A stretch of 64,000 nt of DNA from Candidatus Woesearchaeota archaeon (GCA_018655525.1 JABIJM010000020.1:14091-78090), one strand, 5' to 3'; shown: positions 37,230-47,368, numbered from the stretch's first letter. Notes: generated by a model not told the origin, from the letters alone. Made by a program: numbers and translations.

Positions 37230-39419
37230 CTACTTTTTACAATTTGTTTTATACAAGATACATGGTCCACAAGGATTCTTTTGACAATACTCTCCATCGG
37301 GAGGAAGAATTGATTCATATCTCTTTCTTGCTTTTTCTTCCATCCAGGTTGGAGGGTTAACATTCATAACTCTATCATATTCCAATTGTGCTAAATTAGG
37401 ATGACGTCTAGCTTGTTCAGGAGGAAGTTCAGAATAGGTTGCAGAAACTTCAGGAAAATTTTTAAAACCGTAAGTAAACGAGTAAGGGTATAATCCTGTT
37501 TTTCTTTTAATTAAATTTTCATAACGCTGACCATATTCTTCTGCTCCTTTTCTCTTCTTTAAACCATTTCCCAAATAATGAAGATTATAAGATAATGCTT
37601 TTTTTTCTCCTAATTCTAATTTAGCAAAATTGACCTTTCTTGATCCTTTAAAAGAATTAACATCTTGTTGTAATCTCTTAAATTCTGGATCCTCTGATAA
37701 TTCTCTACCTATCTTCAACAATTCTTGATTATATAAATCACTAAGTTTAGGAGGTAATTTATCCTTGGAGATACTATTTACATCAGAAGAATATTTATCC
37801 GATACATATATATCTACAACATGAACAAATTCATGATCTAAAGTTTGCAACACATTATGTCCCCTACCAGGTTTATCATTTCTAGTTGCAGAATCCATCG
37901 TTCTTTCTCCGGCAGTTATCCGACCAAACCCAGCGCCAGCATTTTTTCTAGTATCAAAATAAACATTTTTTACATATTTTTCAATTCCTGGTTTTTCTCT
38001 TAACCATTGATCCCAACCTTGGGCCATGTTAGCAGTAATTTCACGATAGTTAAAATTATAATTACGTTCATCAATATCGGGTTTATTAAATTTAATTCCA
38101 GGAAATTTAGCTTGTAAATCCGCAGTAGTTTTCATCATATTAACATCAATAGAATCAGAAACTTCCAATCCCTGTGACCTTTTTAACACAGGTTCTCCTT
38201 CAATAAGATGTTCAAACCGGTTTGATGAACTGGTTCTGAACACATCTTCCAAGTTTCCTTTTGAAACAAGTTCAAAAGCAACACTATTCCTATCGTCAAT
38301 TACACCTTCATAATTAAATAAATTTTGAGGAAGTTTAACATTAAGTTCTTTTCCGACAGCTATATCTAATCTACCAGTTTCAATCTTAACATTACCACCA
38401 TCATGATTATGTTTAACTAAAGGCGTTTTTCCAGATGAAGCTCTTGACTCTACTTTTAAACTATCACCGTTTGTGACAGTTATTTCCATTGTATCTTTTT
38501 CACTGGGAACCAATTTTGGTGGTTTAGTTGAATAATCTCTCTTAACCATATTAAATAATTTATTTCCTGGCTGAGGAATTACTTTAACAGTATTATCTGT
38601 TGTCGATTTAATGTCTAAATGATTATTTGAAATAGAAACATAATTTCCAGAAGATTTTTTAGTTGAGTCAAGGTAAATGTTAATTGGTTCTTTTCCAGCT
38701 ACAATATTATAATAACCTACCTGAGCGGTAGTTCCTGGTTTAACAAAAGCTTGGCCATTTTTAAAACTAAGTTGTTGAACAGTATAGGTTTCACCACGTT
38801 TAGTTTTATAATCAATATCTTTAGTTAAAGTAAAACTGTCTTGTTTAGTAACGGTTTTTTCATTAATGGTTGCTGGTTTTAAAACCTGAATCACACCATT
38901 TTCATCAACTGTTATTTCCCACTCTTTTTTTCCTTCAAGTTGAAAACTCCCTTCTTTAGATTTTAGAATCCCATTTTCTATTTTTGCTTCTTTCCCTAAA
39001 CTAACAACCATTACACCGGTCTTAGATTTAATTGCTTCCCTTGCTTTAGCTTCATCAACGTCATTGACCAAATCACCAATTTTTTCTAAATCGTAACTGA
39101 TTTGTTCAGCAGTTAGTTGTTTACCTTTTCCTGATAGGATAGCTTTAGCACTATCAACCTTTTCTGCATATTCTGAAGGAATATTATTCAAATTTAAGGA
39201 GGGGTTATTATAATCAATCTTATCAAAATCAACATTTTTCCAATCCGTGATTGTAGCATAATCTCCTTGAGCATAATTGAAATTATTGGGGTTGTCAGGA
39301 TTAAAAGTATTTTGATCAATTACTGGATTAGGGGTAGAAGTATCATGATTAGTAGCAATTATAGAAATACTTACCAAAATAATAATAAGTACAAACATTA
39401 ATATTTTATTCAATTTCAT
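37230..39419 (-). CDS. Secreted protein with C-terminal HExxH zincin-like domain
   Basis: Signal peptide; LDHEFVHVVD; downstream YSF...PEVSA. Confidence 0.7.
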   Translation of the reverse strand: MKLNKILMFVLIIILVSISIIATNHDTSTPNPVIDQNTFNPDNPNNFNYAQGDYATITDWKNVDFDKIDYNNPSLNLNNIPSEYAEKVDSAKAILSGKGKQLTAEQISYDLEKIGDLVNDVDEAKAREAIKSKTGVMVVSLGKEAKIENGILKSKEGSFQLEGKKEWEITVDENGVIQVLKPATINEKTVTKQDSFTLTKDIDYKTKRGETYTVQQLSFKNGQAFVKPGTTAQVGYYNIVAGKEPINIYLDSTKKSSGNYVSISNNHLDIKSTTDNTVKVIPQPGNKLFNMVKRDYSTKPPKLVPSEKDTMEITVTNGDSLKVESRASSGKTPLVKHNHDGGNVKIETGRLDIAVGKELNVKLPQNLFNYEGVIDDRNSVAFELVSKGNLEDVFRTSSSNRFEHLIEGEPVLKRSQGLEVSDSIDVNMMKTTADLQAKFPGIKFNKPDIDERNYNFNYREITANMAQGWDQWLREKPGIEKYVKNVYFDTRKNAGAGFGRITAGERTMDSATRNDKPGRGHNVLQTLDHEFVHVVDIYVSDKYSSDVNSISKDKLPPKLSDLYNQELLKIGRELSEDPEFKRLQQDVNSFKGSRKVNFAKLELGEKKALSYNLHYLGNGLKKRKGAEEYGQRYENLIKRKTGLYPYSFTYGFKNFPEVSATYSELPPEQARRHPNLAQLEYDRVMNVNPPTWMEEKARKRYESILPPDGEYCQKNPCGPCILYKTNCKK

Positions 39420-40180
39420 TTTGTCGCGAAGCGTAGACGAACATTTTCATTGTTTATCAAATAATTTTTATTTTCAATCTCAAATATGGAAGTATCATTT
39501 TCATTAGAAAAAATGTTTACCACCATGTCATTTTCAAAAGCTAGATTAGAGAAGCAAGTTAAACAAATTACTTCTTTATCTTGATTTTCAATTATTTTTC
39601 TTGCCATGATAATATTTTGATGAAAGTCAGGTGCAGGAGTAGATATAATGAAATTGAAAAGTTGAGTGGTTGACGATCCTTTAGAAAAGGTAAGAGGATA
39701 ATTTGTACGAATAATGATCTTCTTTGAAGTTAAAGTTGCTTTACTCTGTGGCTTTTCTTCAGAGATTTTGTATCCTTGATTTTGAAAAGAGGTGAAATTA
39801 TCCATACAATAATTTAACATAGCATCAACATATTTAGCTATTTCATTCGCGATTGTTTGATTTGAAGGAATAAGGTCTTTATCATTCAAAGAATAATAGG
39901 GAACATTATCAAATAAATTTTCTGTAGATTTTTCTGGGAGGATGAAGTACCCTCCTGAATAACTATTTGCTAAGATGGCAGCTTCGGTGGTACTTAGAAT
40001 ACATGAATGAACATATTCTTTTATTGAATCTTCAAATAAAATATTTTGTAATTCATTTTCTTCATTTAATTTAACTTCCTGGGTAGCTAGGTAAGAGTTC
40101 AAATAAATAAGGGCAAGTGCAAACATTAGTAAAGCAATTCCTAATATAATGAATACTGTAACTTGTCCTCTTTTTTGCAT
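39416..40180 (-). CDS. Class III signal peptide (pilin-like) surface protein
   Basis: MQKRG/QVTVFIILGI prepilin-type cleavage motif followed by TM. Confidence 0.7.
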   Translation of the reverse strand: MQKRGQVTVFIILGIALLMFALALIYLNSYLATQEVKLNEENELQNILFEDSIKEYVHSCILSTTEAAILANSYSGGYFILPEKSTENLFDNVPYYSLNDKDLIPSNQTIANEIAKYVDAMLNYCMDNFTSFQNQGYKISEEKPQSKATLTSKKIIIRTNYPLTFSKGSSTTQLFNFIISTPAPDFHQNIIMARKIIENQDKEVICLTCFSNLAFENDMVVNIFSNENDTSIFEIENKNYLINNENVRLRFATK

Positions 40181-40228
40181 AATAGAAAATAAGTTTATTA
40201 GAATATTTAAATATGACTATTTAATTAG

Positions 40229-41227
40229 TTAAAGAAGCTTCTTTAATTCCTTGACTGCATGTTCAATGTCATCACTATTTATTTCTGCATCAAATGTCTT
40301 TTGTTTTAAGGTATGACTATAAAGAGGATCATAATAGAATTCTAATAAAATCTTTGCAGCAGTATGATAATCTTGATTATCAATACTTTTAGCTATTTTT
40401 TCTTTGTTTTCTTTGCTTATCAGTTGTCTTAAGGAAAGGGCAATTTCTTTAATTTTGATAATGTTTTCTTCATCTTTAAGATATTCTTCAACTGCAACAT
40501 TAGCACGTTGATTTAAACTTCCTGTGATTAAAATGTTTTTTCCTTTCATAAATTTCTTCCAAAGAGTTTCTGGAATAATAAGGTCTCCGATTCTTCTTCC
40601 CTCACCTTCAACAAAAACAACCTTCTCCGTATTCAATTTTTCTAATCTTCGTAATAAGAGGTTCTCAAATCTCTTTTGAGTATGTGGATTTAACCCTACG
40701 CCACCAAAAAGGCTGGAACGATGTTGGGCTAATCCTTCAACATCTAAAGAATTTTCAAAATGTGTTAAGATTTTTGTTTTACCTGTGCAAGTCAATCCCC
40801 ATAACATAATTAATTGAGGTTTAAAATCATAATTATATAATCTATCTCTAACATATTCTCTAAATGATTTATAACCACCCTTCAATTGTATTGCATCGTA
40901 CCCCAATGCATTGAGTAATGCGACAGCAGCCCTACTTCTCATCCCTCCTCTCCAACAATTAATGATGATTTTTTGATTCCTATATTGATTAATTTGTTTC
41001 ATGAATGTAGGTAATTTTTGAGCAAACAATTCAACACCTTTATTAACAGCATCTTCCCGAGAAACTTGTGTGTATAAAGTTCCTACTACTGCTCGTTCTT
41101 CATTTGAAAGAATTGGTACGTTAATTGCATGAGGAAGATGATCTTCTGCAAATTCTTTGGGGGTTCTGGTATCTATGAATATGTGGTTTGTCTTCAAAGC
41201 TTCTGCAACGGAAATTTTTGGAATCAT
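40229..41227 (-). CDS. selU: tRNA 2-selenouridine synthase (rhodanese + P-loop)
   Basis: DTRTPKEF, CWRGGMRS, GGYK, GLTCTGKT, EGLAQHRSSLFG, YYDPLY. Confidence 0.92.
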   Translation of the reverse strand: MIPKISVAEALKTNHIFIDTRTPKEFAEDHLPHAINVPILSNEERAVVGTLYTQVSREDAVNKGVELFAQKLPTFMKQINQYRNQKIIINCWRGGMRSRAAVALLNALGYDAIQLKGGYKSFREYVRDRLYNYDFKPQLIMLWGLTCTGKTKILTHFENSLDVEGLAQHRSSLFGGVGLNPHTQKRFENLLLRRLEKLNTEKVVFVEGEGRRIGDLIIPETLWKKFMKGKNILITGSLNQRANVAVEEYLKDEENIIKIKEIALSLRQLISKENKEKIAKSIDNQDYHTAAKILLEFYYDPLYSHTLKQKTFDAEINSDDIEHAVKELKKLL

Positions 41228-41274
41228 TTATTGTTTTCCTGAATATATTATTTTGATGTTTTTCCTCATTGGAA

Positions 41275-41514
41275 TTAATTAACTCCATACTTTTTTTCAG
41301 ATTCTTTGAAAGTGTTTTGTTCCCGTAATTCAAGCATATAGGATTCCTCCCTATAATGTTTATGCATAGCTAAAACTAATATGGTCCCAGCTGCTAAACC
41401 ACCCATAAGATATTCGGCAGGTGATAAGATTTGCTTAATGACCGGAACTTTTCGTATGGTAGAATAACCATTACACATTAGTTCTAAACTTCCTATGATA
41501 CATTGTTTTACCAT
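41275..41514 (-). CDS. Small membrane protein, hypothetical
   Basis: 79 aa, one TM. Confidence 0.45.
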   Translation of the reverse strand: MVKQCIIGSLELMCNGYSTIRKVPVIKQILSPAEYLMGGLAAGTILVLAMHKHYREESYMLELREQNTFKESEKKYGVN

Positions 41515-41590
41515 AAATATGCTAATTAAATAACCTTTTTTTAAACCTTTGTGAGATAAATTTATAACTACCCCACATTTAAAAGCAAAT

Positions 41591-42292
41591 ATGGAAGAAA
41601 AACCGATTCAACTGCATCGTGTACAGAAGCTTATGAGTAATTATGGATATTGCTCTAGAAGGAAAGCCGAAGAGATTATCCAAGATGGAAGAGTAAAGGT
41701 AAATGGGAAACCAATCACAATTGGTGATAAGGCAACTGAAGAAGATGAAATTATGGTTGATAATAAACCGATCAAGAAGGAAAGAAAAGTATATTATATG
41801 TTAAACAAGCCCACAAAATGTGTTACGGCATTAACTGATGATAAGTATGAAACAGTTATGGAACATATTAAAGTTAAAGAGAGAGTTTTTCCTGTAGGGA
41901 GATTAGATTATTTTACGTCCGGATTATTATTATTTACAAATGATGGAGATTTTGCAAACAAAATTACACATCCATCAAATGAAATTAAAAAATCATATGT
42001 TGTAAAATTAAACAGACCTATAGATGAGCAAGATAAGAAATCACTTCAAAAAGGAATCAAGTTAGAAGATGGAAAAACAAGTCCTGCTAGACTTAAGATT
42101 CTTGGTCCTCAGATGGCTGAGATTACAATTCATGAAGGAAAGAATAGAATTGTTCGTAGAATGTTTGAAGCACTTGGTTTTAAATTGTCATTTCTTGAAA
42201 GAGTTAAAATTGGAAAATTAGATCTTGGAAGTTTACCTCCTGGAAAGTTCAAGGTTTTAAGTAAAAGAGAAAAAGAATTGATTTTTAGTTGA
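41591..42292 (+). CDS. RsuA/RluB-family rRNA pseudouridine synthase
   Basis: S4 domain SRRKAE, LNKP, GRLDYFTSGLLLFTNDG, EGKNRIVRRM. Confidence 0.93.
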   Translation: MEEKPIQLHRVQKLMSNYGYCSRRKAEEIIQDGRVKVNGKPITIGDKATEEDEIMVDNKPIKKERKVYYMLNKPTKCVTALTDDKYETVMEHIKVKERVFPVGRLDYFTSGLLLFTNDGDFANKITHPSNEIKKSYVVKLNRPIDEQDKKSLQKGIKLEDGKTSPARLKILGPQMAEITIHEGKNRIVRRMFEALGFKLSFLERVKIGKLDLGSLPPGKFKVLSKREKELIFS

Positions 42293-42357
42293 ATTCTTTA
42301 AAAAGGATTAATTTTCTAACCGCAAGGTTTTTATAAGAAATTTATTTAGTTATATCT

Positions 42358-43410
42358 ATGGTGATTAAAGAGGTTCCGGTGGGCACACTGCGTATTAAGG
42401 CACATGACCTTCGTGTGTATGAAAAAACGCAGAAGTCGTGGAAACTCTCTTCTAATAAATTATCTAATGCTTTACAGACGATACATCTCTTTGATGGGCA
42501 TAAGGAATTTGATACATTAATTGATCAAAAGAATCCTAGATTCATGAAAGGTATGTTGTTACCTAATGGAAAAACTTCCGGTGCTCGTGTGAATATTCTC
42601 CCGAATGGTGAAACGTTAGAGAAAGCATATTCTTTATTTGCACCGAATTTAAAAATACACGATCAAGATTCACACGACCATTGGGATGTCCTTTACAAGA
42701 ATGCTGGAGGTACATTTTCATATGTGTACACTTTAGAAAAACGGGCAGCTCATCGGAAACAGAAGTATAAGAAAGTTGAGAGGTTTGATAAAGTCCATAT
42801 GAAACTTTTAACAAACGTAAAAAGTGCGTTACGGAACAAATCAGATACAATGGCGGTTCCAATGTATACATTATTAACCACACATATGCGTATTGGAAAT
42901 GAAACTTATTACAAAACACATAATCATAAAGGTCTTACAACTTTAAAGAAGGAAGATATTTCTGTGAAAGGTAAGAATGTCATGTTTAATTATGTTGGAA
43001 AAGATGGTGTCCCGATTCAAATTAATAAGAGGTTTGGAGATGATTATGTTAAAAGATTGAAAGGTGCTTTGAAGGCTACGAAGAAAGGAGAGTTTGTTTT
43101 TAGAAATAAAAGAACAGGACATCCTTTAGGGGATGTTTATTTTAGAAAAGCATTCAAACGATATTGCGGTCAAGAATTCTATCCACATATTGTGAGATCA
43201 CATTTTGCAACATCGCAAGTTAAAAGTTTCTTAAGTGCAAATAGAAAGCCTGCAAAGAGTGTGATGAAAGAGTTTTTATTTTCTGTTGCTAATGAACTCG
43301 GACATAAAAAGTTTAGTAAGAAGAATCAAGCATGGGAAGATTCATATGCTGTGACGTTGAATTCTTATGTTCATCCTGAGTATATTAAGAAAGTTCGTAA
43401 GTTTCTGTGA
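42358..43410 (+). CDS. Type IB DNA topoisomerase-like protein (compact)
   Basis: MRIGNE, GLTTL, YVGKDG, HIVRS, ELGH, SYVHP (catalytic Tyr). Confidence 0.8.
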   Translation: MVIKEVPVGTLRIKAHDLRVYEKTQKSWKLSSNKLSNALQTIHLFDGHKEFDTLIDQKNPRFMKGMLLPNGKTSGARVNILPNGETLEKAYSLFAPNLKIHDQDSHDHWDVLYKNAGGTFSYVYTLEKRAAHRKQKYKKVERFDKVHMKLLTNVKSALRNKSDTMAVPMYTLLTTHMRIGNETYYKTHNHKGLTTLKKEDISVKGKNVMFNYVGKDGVPIQINKRFGDDYVKRLKGALKATKKGEFVFRNKRTGHPLGDVYFRKAFKRYCGQEFYPHIVRSHFATSQVKSFLSANRKPAKSVMKEFLFSVANELGHKKFSKKNQAWEDSYAVTLNSYVHPEYIKKVRKFL

Positions 43411-43412
43411 AT

Positions 43413-43757
43413 TTATTCTAAACACCAAAAACCACGTTGATATCTTCTAAGCGTAAAATCTTCTACATTTAAAGAAAGGTCATTTGTTCCACAAAGAAGA
43501 TATATTGAAGCGTTAGGATTGTATCCACGATAAGCCTGAAATTGTTTTGTTAAAAATTTTCCCATGAGACCATGATGTGACTTTACTTCAATAAGAGCTT
43601 GCTCTCGTTCAAAGCCTTCAAGAAGAATATCTATTTCACCTTTAGGAAAATAAATACCAGTTTTTGTTTTTTTGACAGGAAAACCAATTTGTTCTTTAAA
43701 ATAATCTAAATTATCACAAAATATTCCCACAACCCTATCATGATACAATGCTTTCAT
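43413..43757 (-). CDS. Small PD-(D/E)xK nuclease-like protein
   Basis: GEIDILL...LIEVK...QFQAY. Confidence 0.65.
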   Translation of the reverse strand: MKALYHDRVVGIFCDNLDYFKEQIGFPVKKTKTGIYFPKGEIDILLEGFEREQALIEVKSHHGLMGKFLTKQFQAYRGYNPNASIYLLCGTNDLSLNVEDFTLRRYQRGFWCLE

Positions 43758-43765
43758 ACAATCAC

Positions 43766-45937
43766 CTAACTATTCACGATCCTGAGGATCTCATCACCAT
43801 ACAATTGGATCTTTCTCGGACCTAATCCAAAGATGTTGTGTAATTCATTTTTGTTAATGGGTAAGTCTGAAGATAGTTGTTCTATGGATTTGTCGTTGAG
43901 AACCATGTATGCCGGTACTTCTTTGATTTGAGACATTTCCCTTCGCCATTCTCGTAAGGCTGCATAAATCTGTGTTTCGTTTTTTGTTTTTGAAGTAAAT
44001 TTGTTGAGTTTTGCAATAGGATTTACGAATTCCTCTCCTCCTAAGAATTTACGGCTTTCTTTATCTATGAAAGGTGTTAAGGATTTTCCTGTGTATGAAA
44101 TGTAAAGTTGTTGTTTTGCTCTTGTGACTGCAACGTAGAATAATCTTCTCTCTTCATCCATTTTGTCGTACTTTTGAAGGTTTAAAGATTCAATTACAGG
44201 ATGATCTGAAACTTTACAAGGGAAGTACATGGAATTACTTCCTAGGACAAAGACAAGTTCTGCTTCCAATCCCTTGATTGCATGAATGGTTGCAAGGGTG
44301 ATATATCCTTGCTTAACTTCAGCTGCTTTGGTTTCATCTGTTTTTAGAATATGAGGAATCTTTTTTTCATGTAATTTTTTGGAAAGGTCAGCAAGTTGTT
44401 TGTTGGTTCTTGCAAGTACAAAAATTTCATTATTTGGAAATTTTGATTGTGCTATTTCTCTTGCAACAAAATTGTATTCTTCATCCATTCGTGAGAAGTT
44501 GAAAAGTTTTGCTTCTGGTGTCGTGAAACTACTTGAAGGAATTCCTGCTTCTTGATCTGCGATGTTCATCTTTTTCACAACTTTGTTTGCTAAGCCTACA
44601 ATGTTTGGATGAGATCTATAATTCTGTTTTAAGACAATTGTTGTTGAATCTGGATCTTCATTGAAATCTAAGATGTAATTAATTCTACTACCTCTCCATC
44701 CAAAGATTGCTTGACGCGGATCTCCAACTGCAAAGATGTTTGGAGGATTGAGTAGTTTAAGAAGAGCTATTTGTATTGCATTAACATCTTGATACTCATC
44801 TACAAGAATGTGATCAAATTTTGGGATGAGGTTAGGGAAATTTTCAAAGATTGTGATTGCATCTTTCACTTGATCAGAATAATCACGAAGATGTTGTTCT
44901 TTCATGATTGTCAGAATGTTCTGACATGTATCGTGAAGTATTTTAGCATTGTTTTTTTCTTTGTATTGTGACATCTCTTTATAGAATGGATTTATTTCTT
45001 GTCGTTCTGTTTTATAATGATCAATGACATGGAAGCAATCATTTACAAAAGAGAATAGAAGTCGGTCTTGAGATTTAATTTTTCTTTGACCTGTTGTGAA
45101 GTAAATATCTGCAACACCTGAAAAACTTAAGCCAATTTGTTTAAGCGCTTGTGTGACTAATTTAATCCTATCTGAATATTTGATAATTTTACTTCTTTCT
45201 TTATAGATTAAATTCCAGTTTTGTTGAATAATTTTTTCTGCAAATGAATTAAATGTATGGATATTTACATTATGTACTTGAAGTTGTGCAAGACGTTCTT
45301 CCATCTCTATTTTTGCTTTCTTTGTGAAGGTGATCGCAAGAACTTTTTCTGGTTTTGTGGATTTAAATTTACAGAGAAATTCAATTCTTTTGGTGAGGAC
45401 AGTTGTTTTTCCAGATCCTGCACCTGCAACACATAATAATTTTTTTGATTCTGAGATGATAGCTTTTGATTGTTCCGGATTAAATTGTTTGATGAAAAAG
45501 GATAATGAATTAATAATTTGATTTTCTTGATCTGAAACAGGTTCAGAATTAAATTCTAACTTGACTTCTTCTTTTTTGGTGAAACCTTTTGGATCTTTCA
45601 GTTCTTGTCTTCCTTTGTCAGAAATGTCAAGAACTTTAATCCATCTGTTTGTAGGAAGTTCTCTGTAAATGAGAAATCCCTGTTCTAATAAAGATTTTAT
45701 TAACATTGCAAGTTGATCTTTTGTTTGATCAGAAAATAATCCAAAGTTTGTTGTCTTTTGAAGGTTTGACTTTTTGACTCTTGGATTAGATTCATTTCCT
45801 TGAAGAACTTGTATGAGAAGGTTCATTCCCATATTGAAAGGGAGATTTCTGATTGTTTCTAAGACTTTGAGATAAATTGACACCACCACCATAAAAAAGA
45901 ACCTAGTTGGGTTGCTTGTATATTGGGTATTCCTCAC
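43766..45937 (-). CDS. UvrD/REP helicase with N-terminal RQC-like and C-terminal HRDC domains (real start probably ~45883-45892)
   Basis: AGAGSGKT, DEYQD, GDPRQAIFGWRG, NYRS, TIHAIKGLE, EERRLFYVAVTRAK; LREWR..VPAYMV HRDC. Confidence 0.9.
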   Translation of the reverse strand: MRNTQYTSNPTRFFFMVVVSIYLKVLETIRNLPFNMGMNLLIQVLQGNESNPRVKKSNLQKTTNFGLFSDQTKDQLAMLIKSLLEQGFLIYRELPTNRWIKVLDISDKGRQELKDPKGFTKKEEVKLEFNSEPVSDQENQIINSLSFFIKQFNPEQSKAIISESKKLLCVAGAGSGKTTVLTKRIEFLCKFKSTKPEKVLAITFTKKAKIEMEERLAQLQVHNVNIHTFNSFAEKIIQQNWNLIYKERSKIIKYSDRIKLVTQALKQIGLSFSGVADIYFTTGQRKIKSQDRLLFSFVNDCFHVIDHYKTERQEINPFYKEMSQYKEKNNAKILHDTCQNILTIMKEQHLRDYSDQVKDAITIFENFPNLIPKFDHILVDEYQDVNAIQIALLKLLNPPNIFAVGDPRQAIFGWRGSRINYILDFNEDPDSTTIVLKQNYRSHPNIVGLANKVVKKMNIADQEAGIPSSSFTTPEAKLFNFSRMDEEYNFVAREIAQSKFPNNEIFVLARTNKQLADLSKKLHEKKIPHILKTDETKAAEVKQGYITLATIHAIKGLEAELVFVLGSNSMYFPCKVSDHPVIESLNLQKYDKMDEERRLFYVAVTRAKQQLYISYTGKSLTPFIDKESRKFLGGEEFVNPIAKLNKFTSKTKNETQIYAALREWRREMSQIKEVPAYMVLNDKSIEQLSSDLPINKNELHNIFGLGPRKIQLYGDEILRIVNS

Positions 45938-46010
45938 CGGCCGTGTGCAAACTTAGTTGCTGGTCGTTAAAGACAATGTGGTCACAGGGACCTAAGCTAT
46001 ACCAACTAGG
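45902..46010. ncRNA. Candidate ~110-nt structured RNA
   Basis: Perfect 9-bp terminal inverted repeat CCTAGTTGG/CCAACTAGG, internal helices, T-tract after the stem on either strand, TATA near 46033-46040. Confidence 0.55.
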
Positions 46011-46131
46011 CAGTTTTTTGAGAATTAAAGGGTTTATAAGTTTTTTGGAGAGTTATCGTGGTTTACGAATATTTCATTGAAGTCATTATAACACAACAAT
46101 ACTTATTAATGGGTCGTTCATCGTTTCTTTC

Positions 46132-46416
46132 ATGAGTTTATATGTAAGCATTGTAAAAAAAGCAATTGTTATGGGAGGGCTTATTGCCATCCTAAGTGGT
46201 TGTGATTCTGAAAGTGTCAGTGGTTGTTATCAAGGTTCCGGTGAGTGTCAGCCTGTAACAGAAAAGAATGTTTGTCACACACAGGAATTAAGTGATTGTC
46301 TTGATAATCATGTTAAAAGTTGTGGAAGTGATTCTGAGTGTATTTCTCTTTGTAAGAAGAAATGTAGTGAATATATCCTCCCTGGCTGTGAGTTAACACC
46401 TTACGGTGTTCAATAA
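46132..46416 (+). CDS. Small Cys-rich lipoprotein
   Basis: LSGC lipobox followed by nine more Cys. Confidence 0.6.
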   Translation: MSLYVSIVKKAIVMGGLIAILSGCDSESVSGCYQGSGECQPVTEKNVCHTQELSDCLDNHVKSCGSDSECISLCKKKCSEYILPGCELTPYGVQ

Positions 46417-46423
46417 AGAATAA

Positions 46424-46948
46424 TTAAAGTTGGAACTTTCTCTTCTTCTTGTATCGGTGATTACCTTCAATCAATGTATATGAAGTAAATTCAAGATGAG
46501 ATTTTACTTTAGGTGTTTGAACGTAAGCAACTTCAACTAATAATTTTCGGTTATGTGGGATTCTCTCCTCAGCATCAAGAATACCTTCTAACAGATTAGC
46601 TTCAGGACTTCCCGGATTAATGAAATTAGCTTTTATTGTCTCCTCGTGATTTATTAAATATCCTCCATTACGACGACTATAAGAAAGAACTCTGTTTGGA
46701 AATTTGCTGTTAGAATCTGCGATGTATTCAGCACATAAGAGTGAATTAAGAATTCTTTTATCACGAATAGATTCTTGTTGAAACATTTTACGAGCCTGTG
46801 TTGGACTACACCAACGTTCACCGTTGTAATCATCATCGTGAGATTTATTATTATCTTGATTTATTGATCTTAAACCCTGACTAAGAGAAGTATTATGGCG
46901 AGCTGGGTTACGTTCATTTAATTTCATTATTGTTGCTAAATCTTCCAT
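46424..46948 (-). CDS. Hypothetical protein
   Basis: 174-aa ORF. Confidence 0.55.
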   Translation of the reverse strand: MEDLATIMKLNERNPARHNTSLSQGLRSINQDNNKSHDDDYNGERWCSPTQARKMFQQESIRDKRILNSLLCAEYIADSNSKFPNRVLSYSRRNGGYLINHEETIKANFINPGSPEANLLEGILDAEERIPHNRKLLVEVAYVQTPKVKSHLEFTSYTLIEGNHRYKKKRKFQL

Positions 46949-47089
46949 TTTTTAATACTTATAATAAAACCACTATTGGGATTAAAAATAGAAGGTTTCT
47001 TTATAATATATTTTCATATATATCTTAAGAATTTGGGTGTAGGTGAGATAGTTGGGAAAATATGAATCACTTATTCTTAAGATATATAT

Positions 47090-47368
47090 GTGATAAGTTT
47101 ATTAAAAAAAGTTCTATTTTTAATCACAACAATGTATAAGGTAATTGATATTAAAGTTCAAACAAAAGGAAGTTATATTAGTCCAGACGTAGATAGAAAG
47201 AGTAATAATTATAAAAATGATTTACTGTTAGACGATTCCTTATCTTGTTTCCCAAACTTGAGGGAAATAATAGACAAACATGATTATAGTTTACGTATTC
47301 TCTGTGATATTGCAGATGAATTTCCTAGACTATTTCCGGAGTTAGTTGAAATGTTATATCACCGATGA
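47090..47368 (+). CDS. Hypothetical protein (likely start 47132)
   Basis: Short ORF; TATA-like TTTATTAA before the second Met. Confidence 0.4.
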   Translation: MISLLKKVLFLITTMYKVIDIKVQTKGSYISPDVDRKSNNYKNDLLLDDSLSCFPNLREIIDKHDYSLRILCDIADEFPRLFPELVEMLYHR

